DNA of 64,000 bases from Thermodesulfobacteriota bacterium (GCA_965207685.1 OZ242294.1:1027896-1091895); one strand, 5' to 3'. Positions 30,610 to 40,240 are shown, counted from the stretch's first letter. Program-made: numbers and translations. Notes: generated by a model from the letters alone, not told the origin.

Positions 30610-31029
30610 TTAATGACTTCTGCCGCCTCGAGTTTCGTTCACCATATCCTCGATAGTAGTATCTTCAAGAATCCTTATCATGGAAACCTTGAGTTTATCC
30701 CAGAGAGGAAGCTGTCCACAGTTTTCATAAAGGGCGCAGGGACCGTCTTCGTCCATGCAGTCGACTATCCTTATCTCTCCCTCTATGGCTTCGTATACCT
30801 CTCTCAGGCTGAGCTCGTGCGGGAGCTTGCGGAGCATGTATCCGCCCTCGGGCCCCACCTTCGACCTGAGTATTCCGCGATTGACAAGTCTTCTCATCAC
30901 TTTGGCGAGGTAGTTCTGCGGAATATGCTGGGTTTCGGATATCTGCTTCATACTGAATTTAAACCCCGGATTGCCTCCCATATGGATAAGGCATCTGACG
31001 GCATAATCAAGTGTTCTGCTTACCTGCAT
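30610..31029 (-). CDS. Rrf2-family transcriptional regulator (IscR/SufR-like, probably Fe-S sensing)
   Basis: The N-terminal wHTH is MQVSRTLDYAVRCLIHM. Three Cys (CMDEDGPCALYENC) are spaced as in cluster-ligating Rrf2 proteins. It heads the suf operon. Confidence 0.85.
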   Translation of the reverse strand: MQVSRTLDYAVRCLIHMGGNPGFKFSMKQISETQHIPQNYLAKVMRRLVNRGILRSKVGPEGGYMLRKLPHELSLREVYEAIEGEIRIVDCMDEDGPCALYENCGQLPLWDKLKVSMIRILEDTTIEDMVNETRGGRSH

Positions 31030-31072
31030 AACGTTATTGTATACTTTATATATCCATAAAATAGCTATCTAG

Positions 31073-31089
31073 ATGGTAATCTTTACCAT
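31073..31089. promoter_or_regulatory. Perfect 7-3-7 palindrome ATGGTAA-TCT-TTACCAT, a candidate Rrf2 operator
   Basis: Seen in sequence 44-60 nt upstream of the Rrf2 start. It overlaps AT-rich promoter-like hexamers on the minus strand. Confidence 0.35.
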
Positions 31090-31227
31090 TATTCAAACAA
31101 AGTCAACCTCAGCAGAAAAGAAACTGTTTCCAGACGACTTCAAGCCCCCTAAATATGTTTTCTCTGTTGCGGTCAAGGGGCAAAGACGGTCAGCACAAAG
31201 AGGGGTCGCCCGCTCAAACTGGCGCCG

Positions 31228-31758
31228 CTAACGGTGCGTATTCAAATACTTATCCCTGAGCTTTTTATATTCCGCTTCGGATAAATTTCTCGACCTGTCA
31301 AGAAATATGGCAACCGCCCAGATCGTCTCGTCTTTGTGGGTGGGTCCGTAAGCGGGCATTCCCGTCATCTTAACCCCGTGTTTAGTAACCCAGAAAATAT
31401 CCTTAAGGGAATATTCATAAAGTTCTTCTTCGGGAAACTTCGGCGGTTCGGGAAAAAGACCTTTGCCGGTCGGCGAAGCTTCGACGCCGGGTGCTCCATG
31501 GCACTGAACGCACATGTGCTCATATTCCTTAAAACCCATCACGTAAATGTCCCTGTCATTGATGTCGTAGGGAACCGTGAGATTCGCGGAGTTTCTTTGT
31601 ATCGATCTCTCGGTAATGCTGTGGAAGGCCATGCTTACAACGGTCGGATGCGGCCTTGTAGCTGAGACATCGTAACGCCCGAGAAAAAAATAAAGTGCGG
31701 AGGCTATAATCAAAACCACTATCAGTAATTTTTTTCTTCTAAACACTTTTTCAATCAT
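31228..31758 (-). CDS. Class I c-type cytochrome (monohaem)
   Basis: N-terminal TM/signal anchor, haem-binding CVQCHG (CxxCH), and a distal Met region GMPAYG. Confidence 0.75.
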   Translation of the reverse strand: MIEKVFRRKKLLIVVLIIASALYFFLGRYDVSATRPHPTVVSMAFHSITERSIQRNSANLTVPYDINDRDIYVMGFKEYEHMCVQCHGAPGVEASPTGKGLFPEPPKFPEEELYEYSLKDIFWVTKHGVKMTGMPAYGPTHKDETIWAVAIFLDRSRNLSEAEYKKLRDKYLNTHR

Positions 31759-32038
31759 CGCTTACGCCTCTACAGGCAAATCCATCCACCCACTCCGGTT
31801 CGCAGCTGCCCGCATGAACAGTCAGGCTTTATGAAAGCAGGACCATTCATAAATTAGCAAAACAGGCAGGTTGTTAAAGGTAAGACAGGCAGGATATACC
31901 GGATATTGTGGACAATCAATATCCATATTAGGATTCATTTGTCAAGCGGACCAGGAAAAATATTTTGCCCCAAACGATACCCTTATTTCGGGAAAACAAA
32001 TTACTGAACGGGGAGCGGAGCGGAAAAAAGTTCGTTCG

Positions 32039-34024
32039 TCAGGAAGCTGTGGAACCGTAGATGAAAAGAAGCACTATTATTACAGCGACTCCGCCTACCA
32101 TGGCCGCCACGTAATACCTGAGCAGACCTGTTTGCAGTGCACTCAGGCGTCCTGACAAGTTCCTCACAAAATCGCTCAGTCCGTCAAGCGAGCTGTCTAT
32201 AAAGGAAAGGTCAAAGTCAGAGCAAAGTCCCGAAATATAGTTAAACGGAGAGACAAAAACCGCCTCGTAGATCTCATCGACGTACCACTTGTTAAAGGAC
32301 CCGCTTTTAAGCGCGGCAGCCGTTTTGCCCCCCGCCACAGCAGTTTCTCCACGCCTGCGGTAGTAGATCAAAACACCGACCGCTATTCCCACAAACGCTG
32401 CCAGTACCGAAAACCCTACAAGGGTCCAGTGGCCAAAATAGTGGGAGTAGGCATGTTCCGCGCCATAGTGTACTACCACCGAAGAGGAAAGGAACTTCTT
32501 AATAAGATCCGTGTAATGAAAACCCACGACCTCGCCCATGAATTCTGGCACGCCAAGAAGACCCCCGAAAACGGAGAGAACCGCAAGAATCACGAGAGGT
32601 ACGGTCATTACGGCCGGGGATTCGTGGACGCGGCTTTTCGTCTTGTAGTCCATCCTTGCTGTTCCCTCGAAGGTAAGCACGTAGAGTCTCGTCATGTAGA
32701 AAGCGGTCAGTACAGCCGTAAGAAGCCCCGCGGCCCAGAAAAACGTATGGCCACCGTTATAAACCGAAGCCAGGATTTCATCCTTACTGAAAAATCCCGA
32801 GAGAAGAGGAAAGCCGGAAATCGCAAGTGTCGCCACCAGAAAAGTTACGGCCGTTACGGGAATCATCCCGCGAAGTCCCCCCATCTTCCTTATGTCCTGC
32901 TCTCCGGCCATGGCATGTATAACGCTTCCCGCCCCGAGGAATAGAAGCGCCTTGAAAAAGGCGTGGGTAACCAGATGAAATATCGAAAACACATAGGCCC
33001 CCGCACCGGCAGCCATCATCATGTAGCCCAGCTGACTTACGGTCGAGTACGCAAGCACCTTCTTTATGTCGTTCTGGGTGATCGCTATCGTGGCGGCGAA
33101 AAACGCGGTGAACGCTGCCACGATCAAAACGACGTTCAGAGCCACCGGACTCAGGTCAAAAAGCGGCGAGCAGCGGCTCAGCATGTAAACCCCGGCGGTA
33201 ACCATTGTTGCGGCATGAATAAGGGCGCTCACCGCAGTCGGACCCGCCATCGCGTCCGGAAGCCAGACGTGAAGTGGGAACTGGGCCGATTTCCCGACGG
33301 CGCCGACAAACAGAAGAAGCGCCATCGCGGTTATAAGCGACTGTGAAAGCCCGGAAACAAAAACCGGGTCGCCAAGCTGGGAAAAAACGTCTTGGTAATT
33401 AAGCGATCCGAAAACGGTGAAAATGAGAAAGATGCCGAGTATAAACCCGAAATCCCCTATTCTGTTCACCACAAAAGCCTTTCTTCCCGCATAGACCCTA
33501 AACGAGTCTTCGTACCAGAACCCTATAAGCAGATAGGATGCAAGGCCTACCCCCTCCCATCCGACAAACATCATGGGAAAGTTGTTGCCCAGAACCAGAA
33601 CGAGCATGAAGAAAACGAAAATGTTCAGATAAGTGAAGTACCGGGCGTAACAGCGGTCGTGGTGCATGTAGCCGATCGAATAGACATGTATAAGAAATCC
33701 CACCCACGTCACGACAAGGGCCATTACGGCGGAGAGGGAATCAAAGAGGAACTCGAAGCTGACGTTAAGGGTGCCCGAGAGCATCCAGGTGAAAAGTTCG
33801 GTCGTAATCGGCTCGACTCCCGCGGGGTTCTGCGAGAGAAGGTCGAGGAAAAGACACGTGGACAAAAGAGCGGAGACCAGAACGGCCGCGCACGCCACCG
33901 TCCCGACGATTCTGTCACTTGTGTGTCTTCCGGCCCCGGTAAGCTTAGTGCAGAGTCCAGTGGCGAAGAAAAGCCCGTTGAAAATCGCCCCCGCAAGCGG
34001 CGCAAGAACTATGAGAGCAAGCAC
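32039..34024 (-). CDS. nuoL: NADH-quinone oxidoreductase subunit L (antiporter-like)
   Basis: 661 aa with NuoL/ND5 signatures (HVYSIGYMHHD, GWEGVGLASYLLIGFWY) and a long C-terminal extension typical of NuoL. Confidence 0.85.
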   Translation of the reverse strand: MLALIVLAPLAGAIFNGLFFATGLCTKLTGAGRHTSDRIVGTVACAAVLVSALLSTCLFLDLLSQNPAGVEPITTELFTWMLSGTLNVSFEFLFDSLSAVMALVVTWVGFLIHVYSIGYMHHDRCYARYFTYLNIFVFFMLVLVLGNNFPMMFVGWEGVGLASYLLIGFWYEDSFRVYAGRKAFVVNRIGDFGFILGIFLIFTVFGSLNYQDVFSQLGDPVFVSGLSQSLITAMALLLFVGAVGKSAQFPLHVWLPDAMAGPTAVSALIHAATMVTAGVYMLSRCSPLFDLSPVALNVVLIVAAFTAFFAATIAITQNDIKKVLAYSTVSQLGYMMMAAGAGAYVFSIFHLVTHAFFKALLFLGAGSVIHAMAGEQDIRKMGGLRGMIPVTAVTFLVATLAISGFPLLSGFFSKDEILASVYNGGHTFFWAAGLLTAVLTAFYMTRLYVLTFEGTARMDYKTKSRVHESPAVMTVPLVILAVLSVFGGLLGVPEFMGEVVGFHYTDLIKKFLSSSVVVHYGAEHAYSHYFGHWTLVGFSVLAAFVGIAVGVLIYYRRRGETAVAGGKTAAALKSGSFNKWYVDEIYEAVFVSPFNYISGLCSDFDLSFIDSSLDGLSDFVRNLSGRLSALQTGLLRYYVAAMVGGVAVIIVLLFIYGSTAS

Positions 34025-34047
34025 TCAGGTAAACCTCCGAAAATAAA

Positions 34048-34353
34048 TTAACCCCTAAGCAGTTTCAGCAGATCGATGTCAAGACTCTCTTTCTGCCTGT
34101 AAATCGAAACGACAAACGCAAGGCCGACCGCGACCTCGGCCGCCGCCACCGTTATTGACATCAAAACGAACACATGTCCCGTGGCGCCCTCGTAGAGCCT
34201 TGAGAAAACAACGAAAAGCAGGTTGCAGGAATTAAGCATGAGCTCAAGGCACATAAGCACGATCAGTATGTTTTTTCTGGTAATTATCCCGTAAACCCCG
34301 ATCGCGAAGAGCACGCAAGCCAAGACTACGTAGTGAGTGACCGCAATTTCCAT
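34048..34353 (-). CDS. nuoK: NADH-quinone oxidoreductase subunit K
   Basis: 101 aa, three TM helices, LMCLELMLNS...VAAAEVAVGLA signature. Confidence 0.9.
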   Translation of the reverse strand: MEIAVTHYVVLACVLFAIGVYGIITRKNILIVLMCLELMLNSCNLLFVVFSRLYEGATGHVFVLMSITVAAAEVAVGLAFVVSIYRQKESLDIDLLKLLRG

Positions 34354-34354
34354 C

Positions 34355-34891
34355 TTACGACTCCTTACCCTTGGCTATTACCAAGACACCCACCATGGCT
34401 ATCACCACAAGAACCGAGGTAAGCTCAAACGCGAGCAGGTAATCACTGAAAAGGGATCTTCCCACTTCGGCCACGGTGCCGAAATTCTCGGGATCCCCAA
34501 GTTTCGGAAAAGCAACCGGAGAAGACGAGAAAAGCTTTGAAGCGAAGAATCCGACAACAACGATAAAGAGGAAAAGAAACGTCATCCTCTTCGGTATGTT
34601 CATACTGTCAAACCTGAGCTCGCTGTCCCTTATATTGAGGAACATGACGGTAAAGAGAAAGAGGACCATTATCGCTCCCGCGTAAATCAGTATCTGTATC
34701 GCCGCGATGAAATGGGCGTGGAGAAGAACGAAAAGCACCGCGGTGGAAAAAAGAGTGAGAACGAGCGAAACAGCGCTTGAAACGGGGTTTTTATGGCTCA
34801 CGACCATAATGGCCCCGAGTACCGCAAGCGTAGAAAAAATATAAAAAAGGACAGTATGAGACAACGGGTTTTCCGGAAAAAGATTTGGCAA
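34355..34891 (-). CDS. nuoJ: NADH-quinone oxidoreductase subunit J
   Basis: 178 aa NuoJ/ND6-like (NPVSSAVSLVLTLFSTAVLFVLL...ILIYAGAIMVLFLF). The exact start is uncertain. Confidence 0.8.
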   Translation of the reverse strand: MPNLFPENPLSHTVLFYIFSTLAVLGAIMVVSHKNPVSSAVSLVLTLFSTAVLFVLLHAHFIAAIQILIYAGAIMVLFLFTVMFLNIRDSELRFDSMNIPKRMTFLFLFIVVVGFFASKLFSSSPVAFPKLGDPENFGTVAEVGRSLFSDYLLAFELTSVLVVIAMVGVLVIAKGKES

Positions 34892-34937
34892 TCAATTATA
34901 GTTACAATGCGGGCAGAGTCAAACCGGTCGAGGGGCT

Positions 34938-35606
34938 CTACCTGCTTCTGGAAACTCCCCTCTTCGCACAGTAACCACTCACGGGACAACGGCTGCAAAA
35001 AGGAGATAAGGGCCTGCATATCTGCTGACCGAGGGCGACTAGAAGAGAATTATACTCTATCCAGTATCTGCGGGGCAGTTTTTCCCGAAGAGCCATTTCG
35101 GTTTCATAAGGACTCTTGGTATTCACGTAACCCCACCTGTTTGAAATCCTGTGCACGTGAATATCGACGCAGATAGCGGGTTTTCCATACCCAAGAGAAA
35201 GAACCAGATTGGCGGTTTTTCTCCCGACTCCGCGGAATTCTAAAAGCTCATCGATGCTGTCGGGAACCCGACCGTCATATTCGTCTATCAGCTTTTCACA
35301 TATCCCAATGATGTTCTGCGCTTTTACCCTGTAGAAACCGACGGGATATATAAGGTCTCTTACCTTTTTTTCCCCAAGCTCCAGCATCGCATGAGGAGTT
35401 CGGGCTTCGCGGAAAAGTCTCGCGGAAGCCTCGGCCGTGGTCTCGTCCTTGGTTCTCAGGCTGAGTACGGTGGAAATAAGAACCCTAAAAGGACTTTTTG
35501 AGGAAACAGCCGTAAGCGTAACCACGGGAACGTTCCATCCGGCAGCCTCCTTTCTAAGTGCTCCCATCATCCTTCCGATGTTCTTACTCTCGAGTTTTTC
35601 GGTCAT
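34938..35606 (-). CDS. nth: Endonuclease III
   Basis: HhH-GPD motif LLEFRGVGRKTANLVL, catalytic Lys/Asp region, and a C-terminal [4Fe-4S] loop CRPLSPFCSRCPVSGYC. Confidence 0.9.
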   Translation of the reverse strand: MTEKLESKNIGRMMGALRKEAAGWNVPVVTLTAVSSKSPFRVLISTVLSLRTKDETTAEASARLFREARTPHAMLELGEKKVRDLIYPVGFYRVKAQNIIGICEKLIDEYDGRVPDSIDELLEFRGVGRKTANLVLSLGYGKPAICVDIHVHRISNRWGYVNTKSPYETEMALREKLPRRYWIEYNSLLVALGQQICRPLSPFCSRCPVSGYCAKRGVSRSR

Positions 35607-35625
35607 ATCAGTCGGAAGCGGGTCC

Positions 35626-36375
35626 TTACTGGATTCGGGAGCCTTCAGTGCCGCCGGCGCATTTGTCTGCTATATCCTCCCATTTCTGGAAAAACACCTT
35701 AAGCGCAAGCTCCGCCTCGCTGAAGTCGGACAGTGAGATAAGTTCCAGAATTCTCGCGACTTCCGGCACGCTGTTTTCATTTTTCAGCGTGTAGGGATGT
35801 ATGTAATTGCAGATATCGCCGTAATTAAGCACCAGATAGCTCTGGGAATCGAACTGGACAAGCCATTTTCTAAGGTCTTCCAGACTTCGGTCAAGATTGC
35901 GCAGAAAAATCCTAAGAGGATTGGCAGATTCTCCAGACATCGTCTTTGCGATTTTTTCCCGCGAGGAAACCAGTCTCCTTTTTGACTGCTCGAGAGTTGA
36001 GTTGTAATGAATTGAGTTGAAGCCCCAGTGGGTATAAAAATTTTTCCTCCCCTCCTCGGAGAAAAGAAGAAACCACTCAAACGGAACAACGTTTTCAGAC
36101 GAGAAACAACTAAGGGAATCAGAAGTGGGTGCAACAAAATAGTTGCCGGCTTCATCCTTCATGAAAAGACAGTCGGGAAGATCTTCGTGGGGCAGATCAA
36201 GATGGTCTGAGAGGGCTTGGCGAAACGCGCTGTACTCATTGCCGAACCATATTCCGAAAGGAGAGGTAGGACCGCCCCAGTAACGCTCATAAAATTTAAG
36301 ATACTTGCTCCAGTATTCAGATTTTTCCCTGAAAGAATCCAAAGGCTCGTACACTATAAGGGTACTGGAAGGCAT
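35626..36375 (-). CDS. Hypothetical protein
   Basis: A 249-aa ORF with no recognisable motifs and its own promoter region downstream of a strong terminator. Confidence 0.4.
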   Translation of the reverse strand: MPSSTLIVYEPLDSFREKSEYWSKYLKFYERYWGGPTSPFGIWFGNEYSAFRQALSDHLDLPHEDLPDCLFMKDEAGNYFVAPTSDSLSCFSSENVVPFEWFLLFSEEGRKNFYTHWGFNSIHYNSTLEQSKRRLVSSREKIAKTMSGESANPLRIFLRNLDRSLEDLRKWLVQFDSQSYLVLNYGDICNYIHPYTLKNENSVPEVARILELISLSDFSEAELALKVFFQKWEDIADKCAGGTEGSRIQ

Positions 36376-36426
36376 CGTTTTATATTAAAAAACATGTTTA
36401 CGGAAAAATCAATTCAGGCAAAAAAA

Positions 36427-36463
36427 AGAGGAGGGGTAACCGTTACGGTCTCCCTCCTCTTTT
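36427..36463 (-). terminator. Rho-independent terminator for the upstream acetoacetate-decarboxylase-family paralog (hairpin also usable bidirectionally)
   Basis: The 9-bp GC-rich stem AGAGGAGGG/CCCTCCTCT encloses a smaller palindrome GTAAC-C-GTTAC. It is flanked by A7 at 36421-36427 on the forward strand, which gives U7 after the hairpin on the minus-strand RNA. Confidence 0.7.
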
Positions 36464-36507
36464 CACTCATCAAGAACCGAGTGTCTTCCGACACCGGTCC
36501 TTCGCCA

Positions 36508-37479
36508 TTATCCCTGGCTATACTGCGGCAGCAGGAACCTGTGACGCATCGTGTACTCAAACGGAGTCGAGTATACCACATGACCCATGTCATCGGCTCC
36601 CCTCTCTACCGTCCTCGTCCATATCGTCAACGCCGGCGGTATGATCAGGTTGAACGTGAAGCTTATCAACCCTACTACCTCCGTCGCAGGTATCTGACCA
36701 CCCATGTAGTCAAACGGCGTTCCTGACAGATACCACGAACGTACATCCTCAGTAACAGCCGTCCTCACGCTCTCAGGATTCAGCTGGAACCTGTGCCCCG
36801 TCCCGAATCCCGGCGGAAGATCCGACGGCAGATACGTTACTTCATGGATACTGTTCGATACATCCGGCCTGGTTGTTATCCTGTAGTTCATTCTTCCCCA
36901 GTCGGTCTTGCCATAAAATGTAGGCCTCGCCGATAGAGGACGGTCAGAATAACGTCCGTTCGCAGTGTGCAGTATATAGCCTCTGCGCTCCATCAAGTGG
37001 TTGAAATAGTTGTTGTTGGTACCATGCTCGAACCCGGCTATGTAAGCAGCTTTCTTCGGGAATCCGAATGGCTCCTTACCGGCAAATATCGGCGAGTCGT
37101 TCGAGAGATACATGTACGGATAGTATCCCGCCTTGTATATATGACCACTCCCGTCATCCACCGTCGCCGAGAACGTTACGCCCATCTCCATGTATGGACC
37201 TAACATCGTGTTCTTGTGTATTACGTACCAAAACTCTATTACATCATCCTGAACCTCGATCGGCTCAGGTACTACCGCTTTCATGGCTCCCAGGTCGGCC
37301 CTTATAACATAGGCCATCCACCTGCTCTCCGTGTACGTAAGCGGTATGATGTCGTAGTCGAACACTGGGTCCGCTACACCCTGACTGATTATGTGGATCC
37401 TGTCCCTGTCCAACGGTAATGGTGGAACTTCTCCCTCATCCAGCCAAGGATAACTGTACTCATTTGCATGTAATCCCAT
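36508..37479 (-). CDS. Acetoacetate decarboxylase (ADC)-family protein, paralog 2
   Basis: The recalled ADC N-terminal signature (KVVPEPLEI) matches KAVVPEPIEV here. The conserved FGFPKK catalytic-Lys region matches the ADC YPKK region. Confidence 0.55.
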   Translation of the reverse strand: MGLHANEYSYPWLDEGEVPPLPLDRDRIHIISQGVADPVFDYDIIPLTYTESRWMAYVIRADLGAMKAVVPEPIEVQDDVIEFWYVIHKNTMLGPYMEMGVTFSATVDDGSGHIYKAGYYPYMYLSNDSPIFAGKEPFGFPKKAAYIAGFEHGTNNNYFNHLMERRGYILHTANGRYSDRPLSARPTFYGKTDWGRMNYRITTRPDVSNSIHEVTYLPSDLPPGFGTGHRFQLNPESVRTAVTEDVRSWYLSGTPFDYMGGQIPATEVVGLISFTFNLIIPPALTIWTRTVERGADDMGHVVYSTPFEYTMRHRFLLPQYSQG

Positions 37480-37510
37480 TATGGTTTTACCTCCTTAAAT
37501 CTTTTTTGTC

Positions 37511-38662
37511 TTATGAACCCTGACTGATCGGGAACTGCTGCCTCAATCCATACTTGTATGGCGTGGCATATCCACGATAACTCGCCGGCCTCTCATATGT
37601 CTCCGTCCATAGTACTACCGCTGGCGGTATTACAAGATCGAACACAAACGAAATCAATCCAGTTACTTCCTGAATCTTCAGCTCCGCTCCCATGTTGTCA
37701 AACGGAGTGGCCTGCATGAACCAGTTGATAGCGTCTCCGCTTGCTGTCCTGGTGTGCTCCGGCTTTATCTTGAACCTGTGTCCCGTTATCATGCTGTCAA
37801 ACGGAGGCGGCAACGCCGATGGCAGATATGTCAGCTGCCACTCCGAACTCGATACGTCCGGACGCGTTATTACCTTCATGTTGAACTTACCCCAGTCCGT
37901 CTTCCCATAGAAATACGGAGGTGTTACCTGCTTGTCGTCAAACTGTCCCGTCGCGCTGTGCATCAGGTAACCGTTACGACTCATCGCAAATCCAAAGAAG
38001 TCAGTGCCCTTCTCTCCACCATGTACCGTACATCTGATGTAGGACATCTTCTTTGGAAATCCAAGCACACGACCAGCGTCCACAGGCGCATCTCCCGTTA
38101 GATACATATACGGATAGTATCCGGCTCTCCACACGTTCCCGTCAGGGTCCGAGTAAGTAGCCGATACCGTTACGCCAAACTCAAGGTATGGACCTAACAT
38201 CGTGTTCTTGTGATCCACATACCAAAACTCTACCAGGTCCGCATTCTCGCCATCCCATACCTGCAGAGGGGGATTAGGGCACAGACGACTACGAGTTGCC
38301 TCGTCAACCCTTACCACGAATGCTGACCACCTGCTGTCCGTGTATGTCAGCGGCAGCACGTCTATGTCCCACAGCGGATCCGACGGATTCGCTATGATCC
38401 ATGACTTGATATCCCGCTCTATCGGAGGGGGCGGGACCTCTTTCGTCAACTCCCAGTACTTCGTTGGGACGTTTAAATGACTATGGCTCATATTATAAGC
38501 CTCCTTCATTTTAGATTTGGGCCAAAACTTACCACCCATTCCATACCTCTCCATCTCCCGCACTCCCCTGTTGATAAAATGTTGGTAGTCCTGTTGGATG
38601 CGAATAGACGCAACCTCACCCGATTTACATTCAATCAAATCTATACCCCTTTTGTCAAGCAC
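37511..38662 (-). CDS. Acetoacetate decarboxylase (ADC)-family protein, paralog 1
   Basis: Clearly paralogous to 36508-37479. Shared blocks are EFWYVxHKNTMLGPY, RAGYYPYMYL, GFPKK, FYGKTDWG, ITRPDVS, EVTGLISF. Confidence 0.55.
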   Translation of the reverse strand: MLDKRGIDLIECKSGEVASIRIQQDYQHFINRGVREMERYGMGGKFWPKSKMKEAYNMSHSHLNVPTKYWELTKEVPPPPIERDIKSWIIANPSDPLWDIDVLPLTYTDSRWSAFVVRVDEATRSRLCPNPPLQVWDGENADLVEFWYVDHKNTMLGPYLEFGVTVSATYSDPDGNVWRAGYYPYMYLTGDAPVDAGRVLGFPKKMSYIRCTVHGGEKGTDFFGFAMSRNGYLMHSATGQFDDKQVTPPYFYGKTDWGKFNMKVITRPDVSSSEWQLTYLPSALPPPFDSMITGHRFKIKPEHTRTASGDAINWFMQATPFDNMGAELKIQEVTGLISFVFDLVIPPAVVLWTETYERPASYRGYATPYKYGLRQQFPISQGS

Positions 38663-38764
38663 TTTTTTTTATACCTAAAGCAGAGTTTTCGGTTTCTTCA
38701 GTAACAACCGGTAAACTCACGAATTTTTAAAAATATCGGGAGCTAAAAATATGAAGCGAAAAGG

Positions 38765-39145
38765 TTAAAACACCCAAGGAGGCAGGTCTTTTAGGCCTCT
38801 CATCATCCTGATTCGAAGCTCATTTTCGTTTGGAATGTCTTTCCTGTCGAATTCTACGTTCTTAAGACAGGCAAGCATCGCCCGCATAATGCTGTTTTTT
38901 GTTATTCTCTCCTTTTTGTTCTCCTTGGAACGGTTTTTCATTATCTCTCTTTCGAGCTTCTGGAGAAATTCGAAGTCTTCACTGCTTATCCTTAACGTGA
39001 GTACGTCAAAGGTTTTGTATTTCGGTAGCGTCTCAGGCTCCGGACTCCGTGCAGTGCCCGCAATACCGCTCTTGACGCCTTTTCCCTCAGGCTGTCTTAT
39101 CCAGATATTCGGGTTTACTCCTTCATTTGTCTTTTCATCCACCAT
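38765..39145 (-). CDS. Hypothetical protein
   Basis: A 126-aa ORF that is basic/helical in its C-terminal half, with a 480-nt AT-rich upstream region. I recognise no motifs. Confidence 0.35.
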   Translation of the reverse strand: MVDEKTNEGVNPNIWIRQPEGKGVKSGIAGTARSPEPETLPKYKTFDVLTLRISSEDFEFLQKLEREIMKNRSKENKKERITKNSIMRAMLACLKNVEFDRKDIPNENELRIRMMRGLKDLPPWVF

Positions 39146-39624
39146 AGCATTCCTCCTTCTTCGTCAAAGATGGTTTCTTACAAGATAATTATACCATAAA
39201 ACCCTAAGTTAAGAACTTCCTTATTTAAACCTTACTGAAATCCGACAAGAAAAAATTCGCTCCCGGGTTCTACTGATCTTCGCTTGTCAGAAAGCCTGCA
39301 AAGCCAGTTTAAAACAATCTCGAATTGGGCGGAATGCCCTGTCAATAGGAGCTAATCGCATCATGGTAAAATAAGATAACCTGTCAGTTTTTAAGGCACA
39401 AGAATGATTCTGGAAAAATAAACCGTCTCTGATGACCCTAAAACAGCAAAAAATCGGGATAACTTATGATGATAAGAAGTTATTTACTTCATAAGTTTGT
39501 ACAAGGTGCTGGAACTTCTCTCGGTCGAAATTATGCTTGACATTGAGTGCCGATCTGTGATAGAAAATGTAATATGCCCCCGATTGTAGAGGGCCAGGAA
39601 CGGTTATGATCTCATACAGGAGGT

Positions 39625-40158
39625 ATGGTTAGTATGGTTCCAATAGAAGCTTTGTTAGGTTACGTGTTGCTGCTCGTAGGGTTTGTGTTCTTCGCGAACG
39701 GAATGACCCTTCTGGGTAAAACCGGAGCGAAAGAAGTGGGAGTGCTCAATCTGGGAGTCGGCGTGCTTATAGCGATCGCCGCCTGGAAACTGCACACCCT
39801 TGGTCTTACGGCGGCTACCGCGCTGGTGTCGGTATTTGCATTGATATACCTGATAGTCTACGCGGTATTCGTACACGGACATGACGCGAAAGGGCTAGGA
39901 GTGTACTGTCTTTTCGCAACGGTAGTGTTTATATGGTACGGGGCTCATTTCCAGGCACTTGGGCTGGCGTACTTTGCGTACTTCTGCTGGGCATGGGCTT
40001 TGCTGGTGCTTCTTTGCTTCTTTGCGTTCTCGCAGGGCAAGGATCTTGGCAAACCGATAGCCTATCTGTTCATAATAGAGTCGATAGTGACTCTGTTGAT
40101 ACCGGGAATGCTTCTGCTTACAGAGAAGTGGAATCCTCTCGGTGGAGTACCAGGCTAA
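39625..40158 (+). CDS. Small 6-TM membrane protein, AmiS/UreI-family-like putative channel
   Basis: About 177 aa with six hydrophobic segments, the size and topology of AmiS/UreI urea/amide channels. The assignment is tentative. A strong terminator follows. Confidence 0.45.
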   Translation: MVSMVPIEALLGYVLLLVGFVFFANGMTLLGKTGAKEVGVLNLGVGVLIAIAAWKLHTLGLTAATALVSVFALIYLIVYAVFVHGHDAKGLGVYCLFATVVFIWYGAHFQALGLAYFAYFCWAWALLVLLCFFAFSQGKDLGKPIAYLFIIESIVTLLIPGMLLLTEKWNPLGGVPG

Positions 40159-40188
40159 GATTCGTATTTTTTAGCTGATTTACAATAA

Positions 40189-40240
40189 CGGGCAGAGGGA
40201 ATCATAACGAATTCTCTCTGCCCGTATTTTTTGTTTTTCT
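40189..40240 (+). terminator. Rho-independent terminator
   Basis: The stem CGGGCAGAGgGAAT...ATTCtCTCTGCCCG is followed by TATTTTTTGTTTTT, immediately 3' of the AmiS/UreI-like gene. Confidence 0.7.

Noticed and set aside
32429-34051. Plus-strand ORFs antisense to nuoL (32429-32944, 32963-33346, 33392-34051) with extremely basic, Arg/His/Lys-rich translations
   Set aside because: They are antisense shadows of a hydrophobic membrane-protein gene. The composition is implausible for real proteins.
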